A stretch of 60,769 nucleotides of DNA, counting the filler, from Sphacelaria rigidula (lineage: Eukaryota), in NCBI GenBank assembly GCA_964200075.2. It is 5 parts of 5 records of this genome, joined end to end, with 100 filler letters (N's around TTAATTAATTAA, not from the genome) between each part and the next. Parts side by side here need not be neighbours in the genome. Positions count along the whole stretch, not along the records: positions 36,524 to 48,596 come from CAXNAA020004158.1; positions 48,697 to 60,769 come from CAXNAA020004159.1; 3 more parts are not named here. The stretch is one strand, 5' to 3'. A model generated the notes under the pieces. The model was not told the origin of the DNA and ran no database searches. It worked only from the letters and a program-made list of their open reading frames with translations. Each line of letters starts with the position of its first letter. Within the stretch, counting starts at the first letter, position 1. The translations under genes and the position numbers were made by a program. Below, piece after piece: positions 36,524 through 49,012 of this stretch.

Positions 36524-38559
36524 CCAGCGATCAACTTTTTTCTCCCTCTTGGGCGATCAGGCCGAAGAAATCGTGAATTTGGTGATTTTGAGTCGCGATG
36601 ATTTGTCCTAACTGTGTGCACTTTATAATATAACTGATCTCCCCAGGGATACCGCCGCGGTGACATGGTATGCATACCCGAGAGACAACACAAGACTGAT
36701 ACACTCGCCGAAGAAGGGTGAAAAAGAAAGAACTGTGGAACAGACAGAGCAGACTTGAACAAAAAAGTAAAGACAAGAGAAAAAGAGGGAAAAAAACGAA
36801 AGATGGAAACGCTTCAGGCAAAGTCAGTCTAGAAGCGATGCTGTATGTTGTAGGCAATGTACAAGCTCAGTTGTGAATGTTGCGCTTCGAAATTCTGGTA
36901 TGAGAAGCCACAAGGGAGGGACATGATAAAAGAAAATGCTACCTTTGCTATAATGAAGAATGTTCGACAAAGTCATGTATCGACGAAACCAAATATATGC
37001 AGGTGTCGGAACGTCTGTAAACGTGAAAGGAGGTGTGCAAAACGAAGTCTATGGTGGTGTGAGAGGGAGTGTGTACGCACGTGTCGCACATATGTATGAT
37101 TGATTTGACTGATCGATTGATTGTCGTACTCATATCACCGTGGTCGCATGATGGACGTACCCAAGAAAAGCAAAATTGAAACACTCGCTCAAGAAAAGAA
37201 GGAACATAAAAAAATCGGACAAAACGACATAGTAGACTTAAGACGGGAAAATAAAAAAATCAACAACAGTAAAGCACAGAAAGAGATAGCCAACCTGGAA
37301 AAACCCCGATATATATATATATATATATGTGTATATATATACATCTTTCAAAAAGTTCGAAACGATGGAATGCTATCATTAGGACACGATAAGCATAAGA
37401 TGGCGAAACAAAATTCTACTCGCGCACAAGTTTTCATGAATTACCCCCCCGTTGTGAGCGCCGCATTCTTTTTTTTTTCGACTAATTCGTGCTACGGCAG
37501 AGGTGTACTTATCTGGCCAAAACTTGTCTGAGGTAGTTTCACGTTGTGAAACAAAACAAGGATATTTTTTACATTTTGTTATGTTCGCCTCCGAGAGGAT
37601 CGCCTTATGTTCGGACATAACTTCGTCCTCACTGCACTGATGACAATGCGAGTGCGCGAGAGCATATATATATATATATATATATATATACAACTCCAAT
37701 ACGCCGGCCCAATTATGTTTTGGGCACCCCTACGGTAGCACGACTTGACTGGGTGGATAATTGACTACGCACACCTTCCAACAGCTCGTTGTGCGCCTAA
37801 AATATAAATGTCACTGCGGGCGCACAAGGCGGGGGAAACAAAACCAAAGAAAAAAACATCTGTCTGGTTTCACGCATTATCGTTTTTTGTCACGAGTCCA
37901 GAATTCGATACGTGCCCTTTTTTCTTCCATGGAGGCGAGTTTGTCCCCGTTTGATGCCATTGTATCCATAGTCATTTCATTTTCTGAGTAACCCTAACCC
38001 TAACCCCAACTCAAGGCATACTGAGAACCCTAGGGCAAGGGAGGAGCAAAGGGTGCCCTTGGAGGCAAAGGGTGCGCTCGCAGACCTCGAACCGGCGCCT
38101 GTAGCCCAGATTTGGAGGAAAACCCGGTCTGCGCACGCCAGAAAGTGCTTGAGACTATCAGCCACACTCAAGATCCGAATGTCGTTGTTAACGCCCGATT
38201 CAAAGTAGTAGGATCAACCATGAATGCAATGGCCTCCAACCGGGATACCCCTACTGTCTTTATGTATATGTGTTTTATGTTCCTGCACCAGCTGGCTGTG
38301 GGATAAGGTCGCTCATGTCAGAAATTTCACTTTTTTTTTTCTGCCGCCCAGTTCGAAGTTGGTCAACGGCATCCATTTTTATAATGGAAGCCCGGAGAAG
38401 AATGTCCTCCCTGGAGAATTTGGGTAAGGTTTGTCCAATGATACCGCGCAACGGATGGAGTCTGTCCAATTATATCCATCGACAATAATCAACAAAACCA
38501 CTATGAAACACTCCACTCAAAAAATGGCAATGGGCTCCAGGGTCCATCCTGGCACGTTT

Positions 38560-39791
38560 ATATATTAGCATTTGTACATAAGGGAAGCACTGCTTTGACG
38601 GGCTGCAGCATCGGGTGGCGAGTTTGCCAAGCCACACCTTACATACAGCACAGTATGGCTGAACCCAGCGAAATCCCGTCACCACATGTGGAAGGCACAG
38701 TGGGTTGTGCGGGCGGTACATGGCGGGTGTAATCGCAGTCGTCCGAAGAGGCGATATACATGTACACGGGAGGGAGCCGACGGACACCGCCTACCGTAAT
38801 CAGGCCAGATGAAAAACACTACAGTCAGTGAATACAGTAGATTACGGTATTGACTTGCGGCTACACTCCGTGCAAGATAAATATGGGCATGTCGTGAAAA
38901 GTCGGCCACGAGAGTAGACGGCACGAGACGATAGCGGTAGCCGGCGTCATGAATCTCATGCAGCATGAAGTATGTCTATGCAACGGTCGGGAACGATCAA
39001 CCCGCGGTATAGATGTGGTGGGGCAACTGTGCCTTTCGCTACGCCGTTGTGTAATAGTCAGCCCGAAGTATGATGTTGTCGGCATGTACTTGGCAGAGCG
39101 CAGTTCTGTGCATGCCCCGCGTTTTACAGAGATATTTTCAAAATACAAAACAGACACGACACGAAGCAGTAAGGTTTTACCCCTGGGGCGACGGCACTTG
39201 GCAGACTCTACACCACAGTGACGGTGCATAACTGCAGGGCATACGGCGTCTGCGTCGCCTTTACCAATTTTTCAAAGGGCGGGATGGTGCTGTCGGAACG
39301 TCCATGAGCGCGATGTTGTGCATGACGTGAGTCTGCAGTCGAGATTACCTCAAACTGCTGTAAACACACCCAGTACTGTACAGGGCAGTATCGCAGCACC
39401 CCCGGCGGCACGGAAAGGTGACTGCCTGGGATTGCATACCACCAGTTCATATATTTAGCGAATGTGCCATCGGCGTTGCCCTTGCTGCTATGACACTGCA
39501 AATAGTATATACTGCAGCGGGCAGGGCGTGCAGGTCAGGCCGGAAGCATGCTTCACAGAGGCCTGCCGGGCACTGTGGCCGAGCAAGGACCTCATGAGTG
39601 TAGAAAAAAAAGCCGACGGATCGCAGCAAGGAAATAGGAAACCTTCTCTTGTTCCACTTATCACTCGTACGGGTCTGAAAAATACGCGTTTGGCCAAAAT
39701 TGTTGCGTCTAAGCTATGAACCATCAACCATATCTTGCTCAAAAATCGTCAATTGCAAATGATCAATTTTCCATTGTGAGTTCCAAAAGGG
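38560..39791 (-). mobile_element. Degraded piggyBac-like element (one terminus plus Cys-rich domain remnant)
   Basis: Terminus TTAA|CCCTTTTGGAACTC at 39791; frameshifted CAFHMW/TG...YCAVCKVWL...CF resembles the piggyBac C-terminal CRD; other end not found. Confidence 0.5.
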
Positions 39792-40263
39792 TTAAAATGA
39801 AATGAAATGAAAAGTTGACTGCCATAGACAACTGAAGAATTATACCCAACATCGTTATATTTCGGTGATGTGGAGTTTTTGCGTTATGTACACTGATAAT
39901 CGGCACCAAAGACTCAGAAAGCCTCTTGACGCTTTCCCTCACATCTGTCGCGGAAAAGTTCCCACTGCCCTCAAATTTGCCAGTTCCGTAGGTATTGGTA
40001 TCCCCAATGCAAAAATGTATCGCTGAAAACATACTTTCAAGTTTTTTCCGCCCTGAACTGGTTTCCGGGGGTCCCGGCGTGAAGACCCCCCGGAAACCGG
40101 TACAGATTGCCTTAAAATGAACACACTTGGAGTATGCCTCCCGCGGTAGTCTAAGAAAAAAATGTACAAAGATTCGTTGCATAACTGGAAACCTGATGAA
40201 GGATTTTATCGTCTCAACGTTGAACATCCAATACCCAAAACAGATGTTTCATACCAAGATTAA

Positions 40264-41288
40264 CCCTTTTGGGACCGACCCCGCACTAACACAGGGTTGA
40301 CCCTGTGTTAGTGAAATAATAAAAAAACAAGTCTTCGAGCGACCTGCCCAATCACGGCGAGGTGAAACTTATCGACCAGACCCGAACGACCAGTGCTGGG
40401 GTTGTTGGCGAGTATGATACCACTGTAAAGATCGTGTGAGGACCCTATCCCTGGCCCGGATGAACCTTCGCAGGTTTCCAAGCGCAGGGCGGTCGGAGCT
40501 TGGTTATATGATATGACTTGCACTTATTATACCGTTCCCGAGTTTTCCGGTGTTTTTTTGGGGTCTCAATTCCCTACTAAAACGCAGTAATGTACACTAA
40601 CACAGGGTCGACCGGAAAAGCCGGGAAGGGGTGTACATGCTACCATGTGGTCATCTTCACCACGCCCTAAAACCAGGTGGGCTGTGGAAAGACAAAATGA
40701 TCTACTGTCATCTTATCCCTCTGGCGATGACTTGCAGGGTGCAGTTAATATGTATGTAGTGGGTGGGAATGAAGAAGCGACATGCAGGCAGTTGATCTCG
40801 GTAGCTGAGAATTTGCCCAGAACGTTCAAGGGAGTATGCAGCGGCAGCTGCTGCTTCAGTCGGAGAGGCGTACTACATTGTACCGTTCTATTCTGTTGCA
40901 TGCATGCGTGCCGCAACACTGATACTGGTCGAAGAGAATTTGCCGCCTGCAACAAAGGGGGAAATAGCGCCCCACCCCGACCACAATGGCCTGTGTGGCA
41001 AGGTGATGGGGACAAAAGTATTATCCAAAGCCACAAGTGGCGGGCGGCCCGCCGGACGCCGCATCCTGTTGGAAGCTCTCTACCGCGACTCATACTGCTT
41101 GCTACATCAGATGTACATCATTGCACCAGTGCACCCGGGAATAGACAAGATGAAAATTTCGGTCTTCGTCATAACCCTGCGCTTACATACGCGGATTTTC
41201 AGCGACACGCCTCTGTTACGTGCAGACGCCAGACACGTTATTCCTGACCAGCCTCATTGGTTTCTCTGGAGGCCCGGTCCCAAAAGGG
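40264..41288. mobile_element. Non-autonomous piggyBac element
   Basis: Perfect 14-bp TIR CCCTTTTGGGACCG/CGGTCCCAAAAGGG with TTAA on both sides (40260-40263, 41289-41292). Confidence 0.9.
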
Positions 41289-41879
41289 TTAAAGAAAAAA
41301 TCGAGTGATTCGGAGTTTGCACCGGGCATGGAAAACTTCACCGCACAAAGGCGGGCACGGTCGCGCCGTTTTTTGAAGTTGGACTCCTTCTTTCTTCAGC
41401 GAGTGTTTCAGTTTTGTTTTTGTACGTCTATCTTGTGAACAATGACTACGCCTGGATCATGACTCCTGGGGTGTGTGCTAAAGTGCGACAATCAATCAAG
41501 TCAATCAATCAAAAAAACTCTGAAAAAATGACCACATGTAATACGGATCATCACAAAAGCTTTCGATGGATGATCATTTTTTCTGACCGTTTTTCGGGGA
41601 TACCAGGGCGGACAGGACTCCCGAGAACCCTGGGACCCCTACTTACGGGTAGAATAATGACAGAAAATGTTGAAAAGAAAGAATCTCGTCCATTCCGATT
41701 TTTGTAATAATCCACAGCACATATGTGCAAATTTCAAGAGTCTCAACTCCAAAAACCGGCGTGAGGTTTCGCCGATTAATATATGTTTCGGGTGATGAGC
41801 GTGAACCACCAGCATGTACCTTGGAGACGAAGCCCACGCACATCTGGCAGGAACCGAACCCCCCGTTTTCACGGTCTAA

Positions 41880-42332
41880 GGCCACTTCTTATGCTTTAAA
41901 AACAGCCTGTTGAAAACGGCTTTTTTTGGTCCTTCTCCGTCGTTTTATGCCCGCAGAGAGGGCTAGGCAGAGTTCGACTCTGACGCCTTGGAATGACTGG
42001 CTCTACTCTTCGAGAGGGTTCCAGGACGTCTTTGCGTTTTCCGGTGGTCGCGTGTTTTTTACTCAACTTGCATTTTTGTCCAAGGAATCTAGAAAAAAAA
42101 CTTGCATATTCCTCTGGACTTGACCGTCTCTAGGCAAACGATACTTATTCGGTCAAAATAAAAGCTGCGGCTACCGGAAAACGCGAAGATGTCCTGAAAC
42201 CGTCTCAACCGAGTAGAACACGCGATTTCAAGGTGTCAAACTCCGCCTAGCTTTTTAACAGGGCGTAAAACAATGGAGACGGATCAATAAAGCATTTTTA
42301 CACGGCTTTTTTTTCTGCCGTGTGCGGCGGCC
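41880..42332. mobile_element. Harbinger-type MITE family 2, diverged copy
   Basis: GGCC...GGCC termini, TAA TSD, internal homology to 862-1345. Confidence 0.7.
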
Positions 42333-42761
42333 TAAGCGTGAACCACCAGCCTGTACCTCCTCGGAGAAAAACCCAAACGCGTCTAGCAGGAATCGAATCC
42401 GCGATTTTACACTCTCAACAGTGTCGGTTGTATAATTTTAATTCAGACCGCCGGGGCACGGTGTTTAAGTCATTTGCCTGGTTCTAGGAAGGTCATGTGT
42501 AAAGCTTCCGCTTTCCACGTCCGATCCAAAGATATAGCCGGACATTTATTTGAAATACACCCCCGAAAAAGTGGCTGACTGAGGAAGGCAAAATCTAAAC
42601 GTAAATCGAAATGAATGGAGCCGAGAACAGCGAGCAGCTGGGAATTCCCACGTTTGGGTTCGTTTTCGCTATTGTCGCCCATATGAGGCGCTTCATGCAG
42701 CCTGAAACCAAACACCAGGCGCTGTATGACCATTTCCTTGGTGGAAGTTTTGCACAGACAC

Positions 42762-43190
42762 CGTAGGTGAGGTAGGTACCCGGTACCAGTATTTGGGACA
42801 TATCATACCCTACTGACACCGGTCTGATCGAGTATTTTCAAATATCATAACTACGATATCCACGATACCACGGGATTTCGGGATTCCAATACCTACGGTA
42901 CCATGGTATTTGGAGATTTCAGTACCTACCGTACCCTCTCAATCGGGTATTTTCAAAACTCATACCTACGACACCACAAGATTTCGATATTTCAATACCT
43001 ACCGTACCCGCTAAATCGGATATTTTCAAAACTCATACCTACGATACCTACGATACCACGGTATTTCGAGATTTCAATACGTACTGTACCCGCTCAATCG
43101 GGTATTCTCGAAACTCATACCTACGATACCCACGCACACCACGGTAGGGGATATCCCGGTAAATACCGGGGGTATACCCGGTAAATACCG
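42762..43190 (+). repeat. Repeat with ATACCTACGATACC subunits; second copy 44148-44941
   Basis: Shared GGTAGGTACCC.GTAC.AGTATTTGGGACAT start and an internal unit of about 70-80 bp. Confidence 0.75.
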
Positions 43191-44370
43191 GACGCGATGC
43201 ACTCCCCACGGTGCAGCAGCTGGGGCCACGTTACGCCAAGGCCAGAAGTTGTCGGAGCAGGGACGTCTTGTTAAGCGTGTTTGGATCAGTTCGAATGGAC
43301 TTATTATTATGTAGTCTGACGTGCGGTCGAATTATTTATCTCGATCTGATAGGTCCACCACATTTCTGTTCTTGGAAGGCTTGAACTCAAACTTGTAATT
43401 AGTGGCGCGCAGAGAAAAACTACAAAACAAAAACTGAGCTTTTTAGTTCAAAAATATACGGTCGGAAGGCACGAAGCAACACTTGACTCCTATCTCACAA
43501 ACCACCACGCCAGGTGACACCCGTTCACAGAACCATGCTAACTCCATCCAACTCATTCTCAGCTACCACCGCAACCCTGCAGCATCGAGTACGACTTGAG
43601 CACAGGGATAGACACCCTGCAGTAACTGGGTATGCTCTCTTTATTTTTTGTAGGCGAAAGCTTGCGAACCTTCTTTCATGGTAGGGATCAGCGACGGAAT
43701 TGCGGGGCACGGTGGGCAGCCGAGTATCGTACACGCCCATGGACAGTGCAGGCAGTACAGAGCTACACGTTGTCGAAGTCCTTTTCACGTCGCATTGTAA
43801 GCAGAGAGAACTAGTAGTCCTGGGCCATCTGCACTGCACGTTGCCCGCTTCTCTTTAAAGTCCTGCTGTACAAAACACGCACACACACACTCAAGACATT
43901 GCCTGCAAGCAGTGCAGACAGTACAGACAGTCTGTAGTGTACACGAGTGACCATGTACCGGTTCACTAATTTCCTTGTCTTGTTTCGATCGAAAGCTTGA
44001 AAATTCCTTTGGACCCAACTTGACAAGAATGGGCGATTTTCGCTCAAATCAATTCCATCGCCCCTTTTTTCGATCGAAGGAAAAAATCGGAGACACGCCC
44101 TGAAACGCCTCTCCGCACTGCCGGATGACAGTTTCGAAACCGGTATAGAGGGTAAGGCAGGTAGGTACCCAGTACTAGTATTTGGGACATTTCGTACCCT
44201 ACCGATACCGACCAAATCGGGTATTTTCAAGTGACATACCTACGATACCTACAATGCCACGGTATTTCGAAATAGCAGTACCTACCGTACCCGCTCAGTC
44301 AGGTATTTTCGAAACTCATACCCACGATACCACGGTACTTCGACATGTCAATACCTACCGTACCCGTTCA

Positions 44371-44840
44371 GGCCGCTCCTTATAACAGAAAAATCTGGAA
44401 ACGTGCCTTTTTGGAGCTTTTATGTCGTTTTGCGCCCCAAAAGAGAGCTAGGCGAAGTTTGACACCTTCGAATGACTTGCTCTACTACTTGAGGTGGTTC
44501 CAGGACATCTTCCCGTTTTCCGGTGGCGACAGTTTTCATTTTGGCCGAACAATTTTTTTTGTCCAAGAACGGTGAAAAACAGTCAAGTCCAGAGATAAGT
44601 GATGATTTTTTCTAGATTTGACTGTTTTTTACCGTTCTTCGACAAAAACTCTTGTGTGGTCAAAATGAAAAATGCCGCCACCGGAAAACGGGAAGATGTC
44701 CTGGAACCGCCTCAAGTAGTAGAGCAAGTCATTCCAAGGTGTCAAACTTCGCCTAGCTCTCTTCTGCGGCGTAAAACGGCATAAAAGCTCCAACAGGCAC
44801 GTTTCCAGATTTATATTCTTGTCTGTTATAAGGAGCAGCC
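44371..44840. mobile_element. Harbinger-type MITE family 2, nested in the ATACCTACG repeat
   Basis: TIR GGCCGCTCCTTATAACAGA/TCTGTTATAAGGAGCAGCC, TSD TCA; empty site ACCCGCTCAATCGGG at 43088. Confidence 0.88.
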
Positions 44841-46066
44841 TCAATCAGGTATTTTCGAAACTCATATCTACGATATCCACGCATACCACGGTACGGTATA
44901 CCCTGGTGAATACCGGGGGTACGCTCGGTGCGGTACCCTACCTACGGTTCCTGTGCAGTTTTGGGCTGGTCTTGGGTGGGGGCTATCGTAGAAATGGTAA
45001 GAGTTTTTGTCGAAAAAAAGGTGTACTGCGTGCAGTATCGACTGTTGAGTCTATTGCAAAACACATTAGATTCCATGTTGTACGCAGTGCACTTTTTTTG
45101 ACGATGTCGTCTATCGTCATGACCCAGGGTGTGATAGCCTGTAATGCGTGTGTCGGGTTCCACTGTTATTGTAGTCGCGTGGTATTCTCACTATCGCTGT
45201 CCGGCTTAACGAAGGTCATATGTCAGGCTTGTGTGGGATTATCGCTCCTGCCGTCCGGTTCGAAGACGTCCTCGGGAGAGCTTGCCCTGCATTTGCAAAA
45301 GTCTCGGTCACAGTATTATGGTACATTAGAGAAGAAACATATGTCTACAGCAGCAACAAAAGCATGGTATAATATGTAGGGTTTGTGTACGGGTACGGAC
45401 GTTATCGATATGGATATATTCATGTAGAACCGATACGATATACGAGTACACGTATCCTGTGGCTAAATTGGACACCAATATTGCCCAGCTTGCCGTCGCC
45501 GGCTATATGGTGAGGTGCATGGGTCATCATCCGTTGATACAGTGAATAATGACTCGAATACAGTCGGGCTTGCGCCGCACGCTTGGTGTTTTCAAAGGGC
45601 AGTCATCGATATTTTCGCGACATACCGGCTCGGCTTGGATTCATGCACGGCATGTTTTTCACTGAGTATTTGAATGCTGTCAAGCCCTACCCATACACAA
45701 TCCCCTGGATCTGCAATGTCTCCGCTTTCTTGTTCCCCCTCCCCTTCGGGAGCACAATCCGCTCATCGAAGAAGAAACAAAAAACGTTTCGACCACGCCT
45801 GATATCTTCTACCCGTTTTGTTCGGGATAACGAGGGGATGAAACGCCTTTATCATTACCGTTTATTATTGTCATTTGCTAGTTGGTGCGTACGTAACCCT
45901 TTGGACGGGTGCATGTTGAAAGGGAGCTGCGTGGTACGGTACGGCACGGTACGGTACTGTACGGTACACGGTAGTAATCGCCGTTACTTCTTTTCGTCCC
46001 CCTCCCTCCCTCCCTCTCTCTCTCTTTTTTATTCGCGGCTTGTTTGGATAAAAACCCGTTCCACAG

Positions 46067-46246
46067 GTGCCGAAGAGGAACTACGCACACGCGATCACGA
46101 GAGGGACGTTCAAGGACCGCGGGACGGGCTACAGCGAGAAGGGCGTGATGATGCGATGCGGCCGAAAAGACCTGAGCACGGTCACGGTTACCCTTCATTA
46201 CATCACCACCGGGGGCTGCACGCTGCGATTCGCTGTTCGTAAGCAG
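46067..46246 (+). CDS. POLR1B: RNA polymerase I second-largest subunit (RPA2/RPA135), single internal exon
   Basis: cag|VPKRNYAHAITRGTFKDRGTGYSEKGVMMRCGRKDLSTVTVTLHYITTGGCTLRFAVRKQ|gt; matches the RPA2 pattern R(N)..AI.R..F..RG..Y..G...RC.R.D......LHY...G...RF..RK. Confidence 0.88.
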
Positions 46247-46358
46247 GTGAAGACTTTTTTTTTGTCCTTTGTTCTCCATCTGTTTTTGCGGGAGACAAGG
46301 AGGGTGAAACTGTTTTTTGTGGTTCATCTTCAGGGGGGGGGGAGGGGGGCGTATTTTC

Positions 46359-46783
46359 TAGGGAGGGATACGGAACACGTGACGTTTTAACGTGACACAT
46401 TCTTGAAAACACGTAACTTTGGGTCATTTAACGCTACGTAAATTTGTACTTCTTGGATGGGACATATGTAACATAACATGGTGTAACGTGTGGCCCTTCG
46501 CATGAACCCTAACATTGCGTTTTACTTTTCAAATGAGACAAAAACTCTGCTTGTTTTCGTGATAATGTAACGTGTCGCGTGTCACGTTAAAAATTCACAA
46601 AAACAGCCTTTTTTACATCTGGAAAACACCAAGAGACACTGCTTCAAGGTCCACATGGTTACATCACGTTACGTTGCATTTGTCCCGTCCAAAAAATCAA
46701 ATCTTACGTAGCGTTAAATGGCCCAAAGTTACGTTTTTTTCGGTTTTTTCAAGTGTGTCACGTGTGTCACGTATCCTTCCCTG
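46359..46783. mobile_element. hAT-type MITE
   Basis: TIR TAGGGAGGGATACG/CGTATCCTTCCCTG, 8-bp TSD GTATTTTC (46351-46358, 46784-46791), palindromic body. Confidence 0.88.
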
Positions 46784-46834
46784 GTATTTTCCATTTTTAA
46801 GTGCCGATCATCGAAATTTGAGGATGGAGGTTAT

Positions 46835-46990
46835 CATTGAGGAATGAAAACCTGGAGGATTAAAATCTTTGTATCCGCACCAAATCCTTGAAATATGGTT
46901 TCACTGCTTGACCTACTGATAGCTATTGAAAATTGTTACACGCCCTACGAATTTGAAATTCGATAACCGAAATGTTTGAGTCCTAGATGC
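46835..46990 (+). mobile_element. Degraded left arm of MITE family 1
   Basis: GTATCCGCACCAAAT...CTACTGATAGCTATTGA...GATAACCGAAATGT matches 59025 onward. Confidence 0.55.
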
Positions 46991-48417
46991 TCAATCATTT
47001 TCGGGGTATTTCGGCGATCCGATCGGATCACCTCAATTCCCCAAAACGTTATCTTCATGTACATCCTCAATTCGATGATCGGCTGTTTTTGTGGCATTTG
47101 ACAACGGGATTTGGCCCTCAAACAGGGAATAGCGCCATCACACATCTTGGACACCTCATATTACCCCACCAAGGAGTCCAACCAACTTTTCCGATTCGCT
47201 TGATTCTGAGGTTTCGAAAATGGGCTCTGAACAAGAAAACAGCTGGACGAAGAATAAAGTGACTGCAGATTTTTGTGGGAGGGGGGGGGGGGGAGCTGTA
47301 CTTTCGTTCAGAGACCATTCTTGGAAACACGGAGCCAAGGGAATCAGAAAAGTGAACTAGACTCCTTTCGATGGGGTGATGCAAACTGTCCAAGACGTGT
47401 GATGTGTGTGATGACCATATTCCGTGTTGGGAGGGCAAAAACCGTGTCAGATGTCCCCAAGTTGGCGAATACGCCGCAGAAAAATACCGACCGTAAAAAG
47501 CGGTCTGAAATGCTCGTCAATCTGAATCAACAAATCCAGTGATTCGGTCGGCGGTTTTTTCGCACCGATGGTGGCATGTGTTCGTTTTGTTGTCATCCCG
47601 TCCATTCTGGACGCCAGTCCACACCTTTTCTGTATATTTGGGCGCATCAGCCGGGGTCACACAACAGGAAGGCCAACACAGGATTTTTTATTTTATTTGT
47701 TTTAGTTCGACACCTTCTCCGGTGCTTGCGCTCTTTTTTATTGTGGAGTAGGTATAGCGTTCCCTCTCCCTCGTCGATCGTGAAGTCGAATTTTGTGTGC
47801 CCACGACATGATTGCTCCCCACTGTTGGGGTGAACATTCGCTATTCTTCCTCTTGCCATTCGTCTTGCTTTTCTTGTTTCCCCCTATTTTTGCCTCAAAA
47901 ATTTCCCATTTTTAGTTATTTGGACTTTTTTATGTTTATACTGGAATACCTCGAGAAAGTTGGCAATGACCTCAACAGGCGACCGCAAGGGACCAGACCG
48001 TTGTATTCTCGTAGGAATGGGGTATCCTGTGAAGTGAAGGGGGGTGCACGCCGCAGTTTTAAGACCATTGACCTCGCATCTCTACAAGGCCGAGATGGAG
48101 CGCGCCGGGTTTTCGTCGGGCCATGCTCGCCATCACCAAGCGCGAAGTGTCGTGATGTGTTCAGCGAATCGTATGGGGGGGCGAGCTGCTTTCCACAAAG
48201 GTTGTTTGTCCCGTAGCGCACTCATTACCATCTTGCCTATGGATGGCAGTCTGGAATGAGCTGCTTCATATTCTGGTATCGCCATTTACAGAGACAGCCA
48301 CGGGTTACGCAGCGTTATGTCATGGGTGTCTCACCATATAAACAATACGTGGTACGATCATCTCTTTGAAGCAGGTCAGAAGTGTACCCCACCCCCCCAA
48401 CATAACACAACACGGCT

Positions 48418-48514
48418 CCTAGTAGAGGTGTCTCCATAAGGAGTAGAAACGGTGCACCGTCTCTCCAGGGATGCGTGGTCAATGGTCAACCACTAAGGCA
48501 AGCAGCAAAAGGGT

Positions 48515-48549
<35 letters not shown>

Positions 48550-48555
48550 ACCCCC
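48418..48555 (+). mobile_element. LINE 3' end with poly(C) tail
   Basis: GAGGTGTCTC...GGATGCGTGGTCAATGGTCAA...AAGGCAAGCAGCAAAAGGGTA(C)34. Confidence 0.78.
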
Positions 48556-48596
48556 AAACCCCACCGCACGCCACCGCAGGCCCACGACCCTGCTGC

Positions 48597-48696
48597 NNNN
48601 NNNNNNNNNNNNNNNNNNNNNNNNNNNNNNNNNNNNNNNNTTAATTAATTAANNNNNNNNNNNNNNNNNNNNNNNNNNNNNNNNNNNNNNNNNNNN
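48597..48696. other. Artificial contig linker
   Basis: N44-TTAATTAATTAA-N44. Confidence 0.97.
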
Positions 48697-49012
48697 GAGT
48701 TGCTTTATTTTTTGGTATCGCCACTTCCAGAGACAGCCACGGGTTTTACACTGCCTCGTGGGTGTCTAACCGGGGGGAAAACATCGCTTGATAAACGAAA
48801 AGGTACCTCAACGCAGCACTTGAAGTCGGGCACACGATGTGTAACCCAGCTAGAAATGACATGCGGAAGACTGCTTCTTGTTTTTGAAAAGTATGTGTCT
48901 GACGTACTTGCAGACCGTGTATGCTTGTCTCTCTCCTGGTCGACTCTGTTGATCAATCTATTTCACGTTCAGATCTGACCTGTCTGGTCCGCTCTGTGTA
49001 TCCTTGAAGCAG

